Shown: positions 52,021-63,034 of the stretch, piece after piece | How positions within the stretch are numbered: the first letter of the stretch is position 1 | Layout of the letters: every line of letters starts with the position of its first letter | Origin: Bacillota bacterium | GTDB taxonomy: Bacteria > Bacillota_I > Bacilli_A > RF39 > UBA660 | DNA: 64,000 nt | Assembly (NCBI GenBank): GCA_015059445.1 | Contig: SVAK01000002.1 | Coordinates: 36,698-100,697 of the forward strand | Reading direction: 5' to 3' | The notes under the pieces: generated by a model | What the model was told of the DNA's origin: nothing | The model's input: the letters and a program-made list of their open reading frames with translations, nothing else | Databases searched by the model: none | Made by a program: the position numbers and the translations under genes

Positions 52021-52632
52021 TTAATTAATTTTATGTAACAATGTTTCTTTACCATTTGAATCTATACCATATAAATCATGTGAAACGTAATCGCCGGATA
52101 CTGGCATTAGTTTAAATGATACAATATCTTTAGCTTCTAATTTTTCAAATGAAATTTCAAAAGAAAATTGATAATTAATATCTTGTTCTGACATATACAC
52201 GTTGCCATCAGTAGTTAAGATTAATAAATATGCACTTCCTGCACAGCATACAGGTCTTGTTGCGATATTTTTAACTGGTTCTTTATCAAAAATCATTTTT
52301 TCTTCATTTGTTTTTAAGTTTTTTGCATATAATTTATTATTTTTTATATATGTTTTATATTCAACTAATTCTTCTGAACTATTACCATGGTTAATTGCAT
52401 CTACTTCTGATTTTAATTCAATTTCCTCTGCTATTGCTTCATCATCTTCAAATTTATTTTCACCATTTGAATCACCATCAGTTGCATTATTTGAATTATT
52501 ATTACTACATTCTACATTCGAAGATTTAAAACTTATGGTTCCTGTAGCAAATAAAACACATAATATTGACAATATAACAATGATTACAACAAGTAACGCT
52601 ATTACTCCTTTATTATTTTTTTGATTCTCCAC
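52021..52632 (-). CDS. Membrane-anchored extracellular hypothetical protein
   Basis: N-terminal TM helix, Asn-rich linker, beta-rich domain (LLILTTDGNVY). Confidence 0.75.
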   Translation of the reverse strand: MENQKNNKGVIALLVVIIVILSILCVLFATGTISFKSSNVECSNNNSNNATDGDSNGENKFEDDEAIAEEIELKSEVDAINHGNSSEELVEYKTYIKNNKLYAKNLKTNEEKMIFDKEPVKNIATRPVCCAGSAYLLILTTDGNVYMSEQDINYQFSFEISFEKLEAKDIVSFKLMPVSGDYVSHDLYGIDSNGKETLLHKIN

Positions 52633-52849
52633 TTTTTATTCGCTCCTTCTAAATTAATTTTAACATAGATTTATGATATTTGATATGATAATTATTGAAT
52701 TTTTTACTGTTATTTGTCATTTAATATTCTATAAATTAAAAACCTCCTACAAGATGCAAAACGATATTGGTTCTAATTGTAATGCATAAATTATTCTAAG
52801 AAAAGTAAAACAAAAAAAACAATAAACGAAAATTTATTGTTTTTTATAT

Positions 52850-53119
52850 TTACATTCTTACATTTATTTTTTCTAACATTCTAATAAAGTGATTAGCTTC
52901 TCTTACAACATGATCAGAAAGTAAAGGAATAATAATACTTTTTATTTTACAATATAAAATACCTTCTTCTCCTGCTATTTTAAAATCTCTAAATTTAAGA
53001 GCTTCATTTAAACTAACATTTGTTAAGTATTCTGGATTATTACTATATCCTTGAATAATAGTTTTATATTCTTTAACATAATTATTTGCTGTAGAATAAC
53101 ATAAATAATATATTTCTAA
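52850..53119 (-). pseudogene. C-terminal fragment of a DUF2935-family protein
   Basis: KFRDFKIAGEEGILYCKIKSIIIPLLSDHVVREANHFIRML; no start codon before the upstream stop. Confidence 0.65.
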
Positions 53120-53330
53120 TTATTGAAATTACTGCTATCACTGCACCAGAATCCCCTTTTAACAACACATAAGAAATTGTTAGTAATTAAGATTTTTGTA
53201 CGATTTTTTTAATTGATAAGTCAACATTAAAAAAATATAATTAATTATAGTAAAAATTTGCGATAACACATAATTAATAGTTAACTCCACAATCAATCAC
53301 TCCCAATTAGTATTTTTTATTTTATATATT

Positions 53331-54290
53331 TTAACTATTTGTACTTTTATTTAAAATTCTTTGTAATAAACCTTTATTTACATTTGGATGACTCAAATTT
53401 ATATGCGTATAGCTATCTATTTCATTAGGGTAATTTTCTATTTCAAATCCATTCACTTGAACTTCCATTCTCTGTAATAATCTTATAAAATTATTTAAAA
53501 TTCTTTCTAAAATCAAATCACTTCTAATCTCGCTAGAAGCCCTATAATAATTTCTATAGCGTGCAAACAAAAAATCTGGTACCAATAATTTATTAACTTC
53601 ATAATTATCTAATACTTTTAAAAAAAGTGCAAAGGTTAAAACAAAACTTGGCGAAACATTTCGACATTTAGAAACCCCTGTATTCACCTGCTTCACTATT
53701 TTTTGAAAATTAATATCGGAAGAAACTTCGCGATTACGCCCATATTGAATTGCAAATAAATGACATACATTATTTTCATCAAAAGTATATCTCACTAAAG
53801 GTAAATTATAATATTTGCCATCCACTATCATTGAAAATGCCAGAATAAAAGGTGTTTCTAAACCTGGTGTTTCTAAATATCTTTGCACATAAAAACTAAC
53901 GTTATCAACAATTGTTAATAATTGAGGAGTATCAAATTCTTTAAAATGTTCATTACTAAAATAATAACTTCTTTCATTTATATATTTAACTAAATCTAAT
54001 GCATCATTACTAGTCATATTAAAAAACAAATTATTAAAGAAAAAAGATAAATCATGATAACTTTGTAATATATTATTTTTTGCATAAAATTCATTTAAGC
54101 ATTCTACAAAATGAATTAATGATTGCTCTAATTCAGATAAATCTTTTACAATAATACTGGGTTTAAAATACTGTTGTTCTTCTCTTGGTTTAATTAAAGC
54201 TCTATTGTCTTCAATAACAACATCGAATTTTCCCTTTTTTCTAATTTCACAAAAGAAAAATTCCACTATATTATCTGGCATTTCTAACAT
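53331..54290 (-). CDS. Hypothetical protein
   Basis: SD AGGAGG; motifs ETPF, LPLVRY, FAIQ, RNVSPSF. Confidence 0.8.
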   Translation of the reverse strand: MLEMPDNIVEFFFCEIRKKGKFDVVIEDNRALIKPREEQQYFKPSIIVKDLSELEQSLIHFVECLNEFYAKNNILQSYHDLSFFFNNLFFNMTSNDALDLVKYINERSYYFSNEHFKEFDTPQLLTIVDNVSFYVQRYLETPGLETPFILAFSMIVDGKYYNLPLVRYTFDENNVCHLFAIQYGRNREVSSDINFQKIVKQVNTGVSKCRNVSPSFVLTFALFLKVLDNYEVNKLLVPDFLFARYRNYYRASSEIRSDLILERILNNFIRLLQRMEVQVNGFEIENYPNEIDSYTHINLSHPNVNKGLLQRILNKSTNS

Positions 54291-54594
54291 AATACCCCTC
54301 CTAAAAAGCCTGAGTATTATAACATACTAAATAATATATTTCAATTTTTTATCTTTTTAATAACTTTTCATAATCTCCTGTTTTAGCAATAATATTATAA
54401 TCATGTTCTTTTCTTGGAATTTTTTACACTTCTTTAACAACATAAATATATAATTTCAGAGCTTTTTTCTTTAATAGTTTTCGTAATCTTTAATTGTTTT
54501 TACCACACTCCTGTCCATAATAGCTCCTATCTAAATATAGTATAACATAATTCATATTTAGAAATTTTTAAAATAAAATTTATTAGGTGATATT

Positions 54595-55041
54595 TTGAAA
54601 AAGTTATTTTATTTATTTTTACCCTTATTAAGTGGCTCACTAATAGGCTTAATAATATCTAATTTTATTGATTATGGAATATTAGAAAAACCGTTTTTAT
54701 CTCCACCTGGATTTATTTTTCCAATAGTATGGTCTTTACTATATCTTTTAATGGGAATATCTTATTATTTATTTAAAGAGAAAAATCCTAGTGAAACTAA
54801 ATTAGTAAACACTATATATTATTCACAATTAATATTTAACTTATTATGGAGTATATTATTTTTTGTTTTCAAATGGAGATTATTTACAATTGCGTGGACT
54901 ATTATTTTGGTACTACTAGTAATTTATTTATTGTATTTATTTTATGAAAAAAGTAAAATCTCTAGTTATTTAAATATCCCTTATTTAATCTGGCTAATAT
55001 TTGCCACTTACTTAACAATTGGTATTTATGTACTAAATTAA
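54595..55041 (+). CDS. tspO: TspO/MBR tryptophan-rich sensory protein
   Basis: KPFLSPPGFIFPIVWSLLYLLMG, QLIFNLLWS, PYLIWLIFATYL. Confidence 0.92.
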   Translation: MKKLFYLFLPLLSGSLIGLIISNFIDYGILEKPFLSPPGFIFPIVWSLLYLLMGISYYLFKEKNPSETKLVNTIYYSQLIFNLLWSILFFVFKWRLFTIAWTIILVLLVIYLLYLFYEKSKISSYLNIPYLIWLIFATYLTIGIYVLN

Positions 55042-55074
55042 AAAGAATTATTGACTAGTCAATAATTCTTTTTT
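55040..55074. terminator. Bidirectional terminator
   Basis: AAAAAGAATTATTGAC-ta-GTCAATAATTCTTTTT between convergent genes. Confidence 0.75.
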
Positions 55075-55739
55075 TATCTTCTATCATTAAAAACTGCTAT
55101 TAATCTTATTATTTGAAGCACTGAAGTTAAAACCGATGCTACATAAGTCATAGCTGCCGCTCCAAGCATTTTTGATACTCCAACATCCTCACCTTTGCCT
55201 ATTAGATTTAATTTTTCTAATTCTTTCTTAGCTCTTTTACTAGCATCAAATTCTACTGGTAATGTAACAAGTTGAAATATCAAACCAATACTTATTAATC
55301 CAATTCCAAAAATAAATATATTGAATGCTTCAGAAATTAGTCCAATAAATATTACTGCCCATGAAAATGATGAGACTAAATTTACCACAGGTACTAGGAA
55401 ACTTCTAATGCGCATAAATGTGTAACTTTCTTTATCTTGAATAGCATGTCCACATTCATGAGCTGCTACTGATGCTGCAGCAATGGTTTCCCCTTTAAAA
55501 ATATCTTTTGATAATTTAATCACTTTTCTATTCGGGTCATAATGATCAGTTAAATTGCCATTAGTCTCTACGACATAAATATCTTCTAAACCATTCGCAT
55601 CTAAAATTTTTCTAGCAACTTCAAAACCAGATAATCCAGTACTATTTTTGACTTTTTTATATTTTCCATAAGATGAACTAATATTAATTTGAGCTATAAC
55701 AGGAATTAAAATAATTAATATATATAATATTGCGTTCAA
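55074..55739 (-). CDS. YugP-family neutral zinc metallopeptidase
   Basis: LTDHYDP, AAHECGHA, TLPVEFDAS.RA. Confidence 0.92.
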   Translation of the reverse strand: MNAILYILIILIPVIAQINISSSYGKYKKVKNSTGLSGFEVARKILDANGLEDIYVVETNGNLTDHYDPNRKVIKLSKDIFKGETIAAASVAAHECGHAIQDKESYTFMRIRSFLVPVVNLVSSFSWAVIFIGLISEAFNIFIFGIGLISIGLIFQLVTLPVEFDASKRAKKELEKLNLIGKGEDVGVSKMLGAAAMTYVASVLTSVLQIIRLIAVFNDRR

Positions 55740-57125
55740 TTAAATCACCTCAAATATTGTTCCTTCTCTTGTATCTTTTATTAATATACCCATATTTAAT
55801 AATTCTTCTCTTATTTTATCTGCAGTTGCATAATCTTTATTTTTTTTAGCTTCATTTCTTTCAGCTATCTTTGATGTAATAAATTTTTCATCTACTTGAT
55901 TTTCCCATTTTTTTGTTAAATCTAAACTAAGAACATTATCAAAATCACTAATTATTTTAAGCTTAGTAGTATCATTACATTCACTTTTTAAAACATCATA
56001 TATTAATGATAAAGCATTTGCAGTATTTAAATCATCTTGTAGAAATAATTTAAATTTATTGTTAAATTCATCATAAATATTAATGTCTACTTCTCCAGTA
56101 TCTTTTAAATTTAACACTTTATTTTTTAATTTCTTATAAGCATTTTCTGCCCCATCAAGGGATTTATAACTAAATGTTAATTGTTTTCGATAATGACTTT
56201 GTAAACACATAAATCTATAACTCAAAGGATTATAACCTTTATTTTTTAATGTGCTTACAGTTAGAGTATCACCTTTACTTTTACTCATTTTACCTGAGGC
56301 ATCATTTAAATGTTCGCCATGAACCCAATATTTACACCAATCATGACCCAAATAGCTTTCAGTTTGAGCAATTTCATTTGTATGGTGTGGAAAAATATTA
56401 TCCACTCCCCCACAATGAATATCTAAATATTGACCTAAATATTTCAAACTAATTCCAGAACATTCAATATGCCAACCTGGATATCCTAATCCAAAAGGAC
56501 TTTCCCATTTTAATTCTTGATCATCAAATTTCGATTTCGTAAACCATAATACAAAATCAGTTTTGTTTCTTTTGTTATCATCTACTTCAACTGTATCTCT
56601 TACTCCACTAATTAAATCATTTTCAGCTTGATTAGTTAATGCATAATAATTAGATAATTTTGAAGTATCAAAATAAATGTTCCCCGCTGCTTCATATGCA
56701 TAACCATCTTGAAGTAATTTTTCAATTATTTTAATATATTCATCTATATTACTAGTAGCAGGACTAATAATTTCTGGTTTTGCTATATTTAAATCCTTAC
56801 AATCAAGAAAAAAAGCATCAGTATAATATTTAGCAATTTCTAAAACAGTTTTTTTCTCTTTTTGAGCACTTTTAACCATCTTATCATCACCAGTATCAGC
56901 ATCACTTGATAAGTGACCGACATCGGTTATATTCATACAACGAATTACATTAAAGCCAACATAATTTAAAGTTTTTTCTAATATATCTTCCATTATATAT
57001 GTCCTTAAATTACCTATATGAGCATAATGATATACTGTAGGACCACACGTATACATTGTTACCCTTTCTTTACTCCATGGAATAAATTCTTCTATTTTAC
57101 GGGTTTTCGTATTATATAAATACAT
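55740..57125 (-). CDS. cysS: Cysteinyl-tRNA synthetase
   Basis: CGPTVY...HIGN, PGWHIEC, KMSKS; SD AGGAGG before ATG 57125. Confidence 0.96.
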   Translation of the reverse strand: MYLYNTKTRKIEEFIPWSKERVTMYTCGPTVYHYAHIGNLRTYIMEDILEKTLNYVGFNVIRCMNITDVGHLSSDADTGDDKMVKSAQKEKKTVLEIAKYYTDAFFLDCKDLNIAKPEIISPATSNIDEYIKIIEKLLQDGYAYEAAGNIYFDTSKLSNYYALTNQAENDLISGVRDTVEVDDNKRNKTDFVLWFTKSKFDDQELKWESPFGLGYPGWHIECSGISLKYLGQYLDIHCGGVDNIFPHHTNEIAQTESYLGHDWCKYWVHGEHLNDASGKMSKSKGDTLTVSTLKNKGYNPLSYRFMCLQSHYRKQLTFSYKSLDGAENAYKKLKNKVLNLKDTGEVDINIYDEFNNKFKLFLQDDLNTANALSLIYDVLKSECNDTTKLKIISDFDNVLSLDLTKKWENQVDEKFITSKIAERNEAKKNKDYATADKIREELLNMGILIKDTREGTIFEVI

Positions 57126-57135
57126 AACTCCTCCT

Positions 57136-58554
57136 TTATTTAAGTCTATCAATAACTTTATCTTTCCCAATTAAATATATTTCATCAGGAAGTTCTGGGC
57201 CATGCTCTACGCCACTTATTTTAATACGCATAGGCATATACAATAATTTTCCTTTAATTCCAGTTTTTTCTTTAACTTTATTGATAACTTCCGCAATGTT
57301 TTCAACATTCCATTCAGTTATATTACTTAATTCATTCTTATAAGCACTGATCACTAACGGAATATTTTCATCACTATTTAAAAATTCTTGATTTTCTCTA
57401 CTAATATTTATTTCATCATTGAAGAAAATTCCTACTAATTCATTTATTTCATTCCCATATGATAAATGATCTTTATATATAAGTAATAATTTGTTTACCC
57501 ATTCTTCACTTTTATCACTAACATCATATGTTAAAAAAGGTTTAACAAATTTAAGGTAATCTTCATCACTTAAATTTTTTATATATTTGGCATTAAACCA
57601 TCTTAATTTTTTTATATCATAACTTGATGGAGACTTACTAATTCTTTTAGCATCAAAAGCTTTTATTAACTCATCCATAGTATATATTTCTTGATTGGTT
57701 TCTGGACTCCATCCAAGTAATACTAAATAATTTACTACAGCTTCTGGTAAATATCCTTCATTATATAAATCCATAAATGAAGCATCTCCATTACGTTTAG
57801 ATAATTTATTTCCATCTTCACCTAATACCATTGGGACATGAATATATGTAGGGGCTTCCCATCCAAATGCTTCATATAATAAATTATATTTTGGTGTTTG
57901 TGATAAATATTCATTTCCTCTTATAACATGAGTTATTTTCATTAAATGATCATCAATAACATTAGCAAAATTATAAGTTGGATAACCATCACTTTTTAAT
58001 AATATTTGGTCTTCTAAAACGTTATTATCAACTTTTATATCACCATATACTAAATCATGAACTACACTAGTCCCTTCTTTAGGCATTTTTTGTCTAATAA
58101 CATATTTTTCACCATTATTAATTTTAGCTTCAATTTGTTCTTGAGATAACCGCGAACATCTTCCGTCATACATAAATGGTTTTTTTCTTCTATCAGCTTC
58201 AGCTCTCATTTCTCCTAAAACATCTTCACTACAGAAACAGTAATAAGCTTTCCCCATTTTTACTAATTCTTCAGCATATTGTTTATATAAATGAACTCTT
58301 TCACTTTGTATATATGGACCATATTCCCCTTCATTATTTGGCCCCTCACTTATTTCCATCTTACATAAATTTAAAGTATTATAAATAAAATCAATAGCCC
58401 CTTCAACTTTTCTATTTTGATCAGTATCTTCAACTCTTAGTATAAAATCACCATCATCATGTTTAGCAACCAAATATTCAAAAATTGCAGTTCTTAAATT
58501 ACCTATATGCATAAATCCTGTAGGTGATGGTGCAAATCTAGTTCTTGTTCTCAT
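57136..58554 (-). CDS. gltX: Glutamyl-tRNA synthetase
   Basis: RFAPSPTG.MHIGN, RVEDTD, KLSKR. Confidence 0.96.
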   Translation of the reverse strand: MRTRTRFAPSPTGFMHIGNLRTAIFEYLVAKHDDGDFILRVEDTDQNRKVEGAIDFIYNTLNLCKMEISEGPNNEGEYGPYIQSERVHLYKQYAEELVKMGKAYYCFCSEDVLGEMRAEADRRKKPFMYDGRCSRLSQEQIEAKINNGEKYVIRQKMPKEGTSVVHDLVYGDIKVDNNVLEDQILLKSDGYPTYNFANVIDDHLMKITHVIRGNEYLSQTPKYNLLYEAFGWEAPTYIHVPMVLGEDGNKLSKRNGDASFMDLYNEGYLPEAVVNYLVLLGWSPETNQEIYTMDELIKAFDAKRISKSPSSYDIKKLRWFNAKYIKNLSDEDYLKFVKPFLTYDVSDKSEEWVNKLLLIYKDHLSYGNEINELVGIFFNDEINISRENQEFLNSDENIPLVISAYKNELSNITEWNVENIAEVINKVKEKTGIKGKLLYMPMRIKISGVEHGPELPDEIYLIGKDKVIDRLK

Positions 58555-58668
58555 AATCCACTTCCTTAAGCCATATTTTACCACAATATATAATATTATT
58601 CACTATTATTTTATGATAATTCAGTTAATTTTCACATAGAAAAACTCGCTAAAAGCGAGCATGTTAAT

Positions 58669-60822
58669 TTAACAAACTTGTTTCATACTTAATGATACTT
58701 TTTGCTTTTCAATATTAATACTATCTACATATACATCAATAATATCTCCAACATTTACAATTTCACTCGGATGTTTTATAAATCTATCAGTCATTTTAGA
58801 TATATGTACTAAACCATCATTTTTTATTCCAATATCTACAAAAGCACCAAAGTCTACGACATTTCTAACAGTTCCTTGTAATTTCATTCCTACTTTTAAA
58901 TCTTCCAAATGTAAAACATCCTTTTTCAAAAGAGGTTTAGGTAACATATCTCTTGGATCTCTATTAGGCTTAACTAAAGAGTCTATTATATCTTGTAATG
59001 TATATTTATCTACATTTAATTCTTTTGATAACTTATCAACATTAACATTTAATAAGTTATTTCTGATTGCATCTGTTCCTATCATTTCCATATTTAAAGC
59101 TAAATGATTTAATAATTTTAAGGTTGTATCATAACTTTCTGGATGAATAGAAGTCATATCCAAAATGTTCGTACCATTTAAAACCCTTAAAAATCCGATA
59201 GCTTGTTCATAAGTCTTATCATTAAGAATTTTCTTTTTTAATAACTCTTCTCTACTTTTAAACATACCATATTGATCACGATACTTAATAATCTTATCAA
59301 TGGTACTTTTGGTTAACCCAGAAATATATTTTAAAATTGAGGCAGATGCAGTATTCAAATTAACTCCAACTTGGTTAACTACTTTTTCAACAATAAAATT
59401 TAAACTTTCTTTTAATTTTTTATCTGTAACATCGTGTTGATACAATCCTACGCCAATACTTTCTGGGTCTATTTTAACAAGTTCAGAAAGGGGATCTGAT
59501 AATCTTCTTCCAATGGAAATTGCACTTCTTTCTTCAACATGTAAATCAGGAAATTCTGCAATAGCTAATTTAGATGCCGAATAAACTGACGCTCCTGCTT
59601 CATTAACTATTATATATTCCACTTTTTTAGGACATGTTTTTATAACATCTGCAATAAATGTTTCAGATTCTCTTGAGGCAGTCCCATTACCAATAGCAAT
59701 AACATCAATATTATATTGATCTATTAACCTTAAAATAATTTCTTTACTTTTTTCATATTCATTTTTTGGTTCATGCGGGTAAATAACTGCAATTCTTAAT
59801 GGCTTACCAGTTTTATCAATAACTGCCAATTTACAGCCAGTTCTATAAGCCGGGTCAAAGCCTAAAATAACTTTTTCTTTAATCGGAGGTTGCATTAATA
59901 ATTTTTCTAAATTATCACTAAAATTATTTATTGCTACATCTTCTGCTTTTTCTTTTAATTCACTTCTTATTTCTCTTTCAATAGATGGGGAAATTAACCT
60001 TTTATAACTATCTTTAATTGCAGCTTCCACAATACTTACTATTTCTTCATTACTAGCATTTCTTATAACTTTGCTTTTTAAAAAATCTAGTATTATATCT
60101 TCTTTTACATCAACATTAACAGACAAAATATTTTCAGATTCTCCACGATTAATTGCTAATACTCGATATAATTTAATACTTTTTACTGGCTCATTAAAAT
60201 CATAATACATCTCATAAGTTTTTAATTCATCTTCACTATTCTTCTTTTTCTTACTTGCTAGTATACCATTCATATAAGTTAAATATCTGATTTGTTTACG
60301 ATAGTAAGCATTATCACTTATCCATTCTGCAATAATATATTTAGCACCGATAATGGCATCTTCTTCTGTTTTAACACTATCATTTAAATATTTTTTAGCA
60401 ATATCATATATATTACCAACTACATTAAAACTCATTATCATTTTGGCTAAAGGTTCTAGTCCATTATTAATGGCATCTGTAGCTTTAGTCTTTTTCTTTT
60501 CTTTAAATGGTCTATAAATATCTTCTATTTCTACTAATTTAGATGCTCCATCAATTTTATTGACAAGTTCATCAGTTAGTAAACCTTTTTCCTCAATTAA
60601 TCTTTTTATTTCATCTTTTCTCTTTTGTAAGTTTACTTGATAATTATATTCAGTTTCTATTGCTCTAATTTCCGTTTCATTCAAATTACCAGTTACTTCT
60701 TTTCTATATCTAGCAATAAATGGAATTGTATTTCCATTTTCTAATAATTCTAACGTACTTTTAATACTTTTAATACTTATATTTAAACTATTACTTAATT
60801 CATTTATTATTACATCATTCAT
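58669..60822 (-). CDS. tex: Tex family RNA-binding transcription accessory protein
   Basis: TIPFIARYRKE, DPAYRTGCK, EAGASVYSAS, C-terminal S1 domain. Confidence 0.95.
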   Translation of the reverse strand: MNDVIINELSNSLNISIKSIKSTLELLENGNTIPFIARYRKEVTGNLNETEIRAIETEYNYQVNLQKRKDEIKRLIEEKGLLTDELVNKIDGASKLVEIEDIYRPFKEKKKTKATDAINNGLEPLAKMIMSFNVVGNIYDIAKKYLNDSVKTEEDAIIGAKYIIAEWISDNAYYRKQIRYLTYMNGILASKKKKNSEDELKTYEMYYDFNEPVKSIKLYRVLAINRGESENILSVNVDVKEDIILDFLKSKVIRNASNEEIVSIVEAAIKDSYKRLISPSIEREIRSELKEKAEDVAINNFSDNLEKLLMQPPIKEKVILGFDPAYRTGCKLAVIDKTGKPLRIAVIYPHEPKNEYEKSKEIILRLIDQYNIDVIAIGNGTASRESETFIADVIKTCPKKVEYIIVNEAGASVYSASKLAIAEFPDLHVEERSAISIGRRLSDPLSELVKIDPESIGVGLYQHDVTDKKLKESLNFIVEKVVNQVGVNLNTASASILKYISGLTKSTIDKIIKYRDQYGMFKSREELLKKKILNDKTYEQAIGFLRVLNGTNILDMTSIHPESYDTTLKLLNHLALNMEMIGTDAIRNNLLNVNVDKLSKELNVDKYTLQDIIDSLVKPNRDPRDMLPKPLLKKDVLHLEDLKVGMKLQGTVRNVVDFGAFVDIGIKNDGLVHISKMTDRFIKHPSEIVNVGDIIDVYVDSINIEKQKVSLSMKQVC

Positions 60823-63034
60823 ATTGTTTTTTTACTCTTTCTATCAATTCTTTTGTTTCTTTATAAGATTCATCTAATAACTCAATCCGATAGTTAGTTA
60901 TACCTAAATCTTTTAACTTCTTTATATCATTAATTAAATTAGTTTTGCTGCAATTTAAGATGGTAGTACTATGAGTAAGTGAATTATTTTCTAATCTATA
61001 AAATTTATTATTTCTATCTTTTAAATAATACTTATTATTTTTTTGACAAACAGTACAAATTTTATCTTTATTAACAATTGTGTTAAGTGGACAATATTTC
61101 ATCAACATTAATTCTATGTTTCCATAAACTAATACTTCCACGCTTGGCTTATCATTGTAACTATTCATAATGTCTTTTAATGAATCTATATTACACTCTA
61201 CTGATAAAGTTGCTAAATTTGCATAATTACTTATATAATCCAAACTGTAATGATTAGTAATGTTTAAATAATAATCTGCTCTATTGTTTGGATATTTATC
61301 TAAGCTAGCATAATCAGTTACTAATAATTTTTCATAATTATAATTATGATTAAAACTATCTCTGGGGACTCTAAATATTAAATCTTTATCCATTAAATCT
61401 TTGTTAATAACTATTATGTTTTCAACATTTAAATTGCGACAGGCTTTTAACTGTTCTTTAGTTCTAACCAAAACGCTAATTCCACTAATTTTTTTATTTT
61501 TTCTAACTGATGGTTTATATACTTTTTCTACATATTCTATTTTTGCGTTCTCTCTAATAGTTTTTAATTTATCTAAAACTTGTCTTCTAAGCTCATTCAG
61601 ATTTCCAATTGGAATAAAGACGTTATCATCCATATTTATGTTTATTTCATTTGTCACAAATGGTGTATTACCCGTTTTAACTAAACATTCTTCAATTCTA
61701 TTTTTAGTAATTGGACTAGATTTAGCTTCTTCTACTACATTTCCTTTTAAAGATACAATTTTATCATTATTATAAACGGATATTATCATAGGTTCATTTA
61801 ATTTGGCCTCAAATTTCATAGAAATTGTAATTTTTTTCGTAATTTCATTCTCAACTTTTACCAAAGGGTTAGTTAGCATTATTTCATCTATTTCTCTTAA
61901 ACCTATATTATTGTCTAAATAAATTGTTTCATTTGAGTGCGCTTGATTAATTAAATTATCGTTTATATCATACATAAAATTAATTGTCATACCCAAATTA
62001 CTATTTTTAAATCTTATTCCCTCAAATTGCTTTAAACAATGACTTAATTTAATTCTAATTTTCTTTTTGGTAACCCTTGTTGCCTTTCCAATGCTAATTC
62101 CTAAATGATTAGGAGCTGTAAAATTCATAATATTATTATCTTTAAATAAAAAACCTTTAGTATATTCTCTATTAAAAATAGCTTTTAATAAAAACAAATC
62201 TTCTTCATTAATTTTTAAATTTTTTCCTTCATCATATTGGTCCATTAAGTTACGATAAATTTTAGTAACAATTCCTACGTAAGCCGGAGATTTCATTCTT
62301 CCCTCAATTTTAAAACATTTAATATTACTCTCCATTAATTCTTTAAAATGTTCTAATGAACTTATATCTTTCGGGCTAAGAATGTATTCTCCAGAAACAT
62401 CAATTTCTTTGTCATCATCATACAATTTGTATGGAAGCCTACACATTCCAGCGCATTCGCCACGATTACCACTTCTTCCTAGAATACACGATGAAAATAA
62501 ACATTGCCCACTATAAGAAATGCATAAAGATCCATGAATAAAGACTTCTTTTTCTAAATTTGTCTCTATATTATTAATATAATCAAGAGATAATTCTCTT
62601 GCAAACACTACCCTTTTTATTCCTAGGCTTTCTAAAAAATTTAATGATTCTTTAGAATGATTGTGCATTTGAGTAGAAGCATGTATTTCTAAATTAGGTA
62701 ATACTTGATGAACTAAATTTATTAAACCTATATCTTGCATTATTACTGCATCAACACCAATTTTATGCAAATTTTTACAATACTCTAAAGCCTCCTTAAT
62801 TTCTCTTTCAAAAATTAAAGTATTAACTGTTACATAAATTTTAACATCATATAAATGACACAACTTAGTAGCTTTCTCTAATTCTTCTAAAGTAAAATTA
62901 CTCGCAAAAGCTCTTGCGCCAAATCTTTTGCCACCTAAATAAACTGCATCAGCTCCATTATTAATCGCTGCTATTAATGATTCAAAGTTTCCTACTGGAA
63001 CTAATAATTCATGGGACATATTAAAATTACTCAT
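60815..63034 (-). CDS. U32-family RNA hydroxylase (RlhA-like, with DUF3656)
   Basis: GADAVY, HASTQM, CISYSGQC...NRGECAGMCR, KIEGRMK. The true start is probably 63034 or 63019. Confidence 0.88.
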   Translation of the reverse strand: MSNFNMSHELLVPVGNFESLIAAINNGADAVYLGGKRFGARAFASNFTLEELEKATKLCHLYDVKIYVTVNTLIFEREIKEALEYCKNLHKIGVDAVIMQDIGLINLVHQVLPNLEIHASTQMHNHSKESLNFLESLGIKRVVFARELSLDYINNIETNLEKEVFIHGSLCISYSGQCLFSSCILGRSGNRGECAGMCRLPYKLYDDDKEIDVSGEYILSPKDISSLEHFKELMESNIKCFKIEGRMKSPAYVGIVTKIYRNLMDQYDEGKNLKINEEDLFLLKAIFNREYTKGFLFKDNNIMNFTAPNHLGISIGKATRVTKKKIRIKLSHCLKQFEGIRFKNSNLGMTINFMYDINDNLINQAHSNETIYLDNNIGLREIDEIMLTNPLVKVENEITKKITISMKFEAKLNEPMIISVYNNDKIVSLKGNVVEEAKSSPITKNRIEECLVKTGNTPFVTNEININMDDNVFIPIGNLNELRRQVLDKLKTIRENAKIEYVEKVYKPSVRKNKKISGISVLVRTKEQLKACRNLNVENIIVINKDLMDKDLIFRVPRDSFNHNYNYEKLLVTDYASLDKYPNNRADYYLNITNHYSLDYISNYANLATLSVECNIDSLKDIMNSYNDKPSVEVLVYGNIELMLMKYCPLNTIVNKDKICTVCQKNNKYYLKDRNNKFYRLENNSLTHSTTILNCSKTNLINDIKKLKDLGITNYRIELLDESYKETKELIERVKKQYE

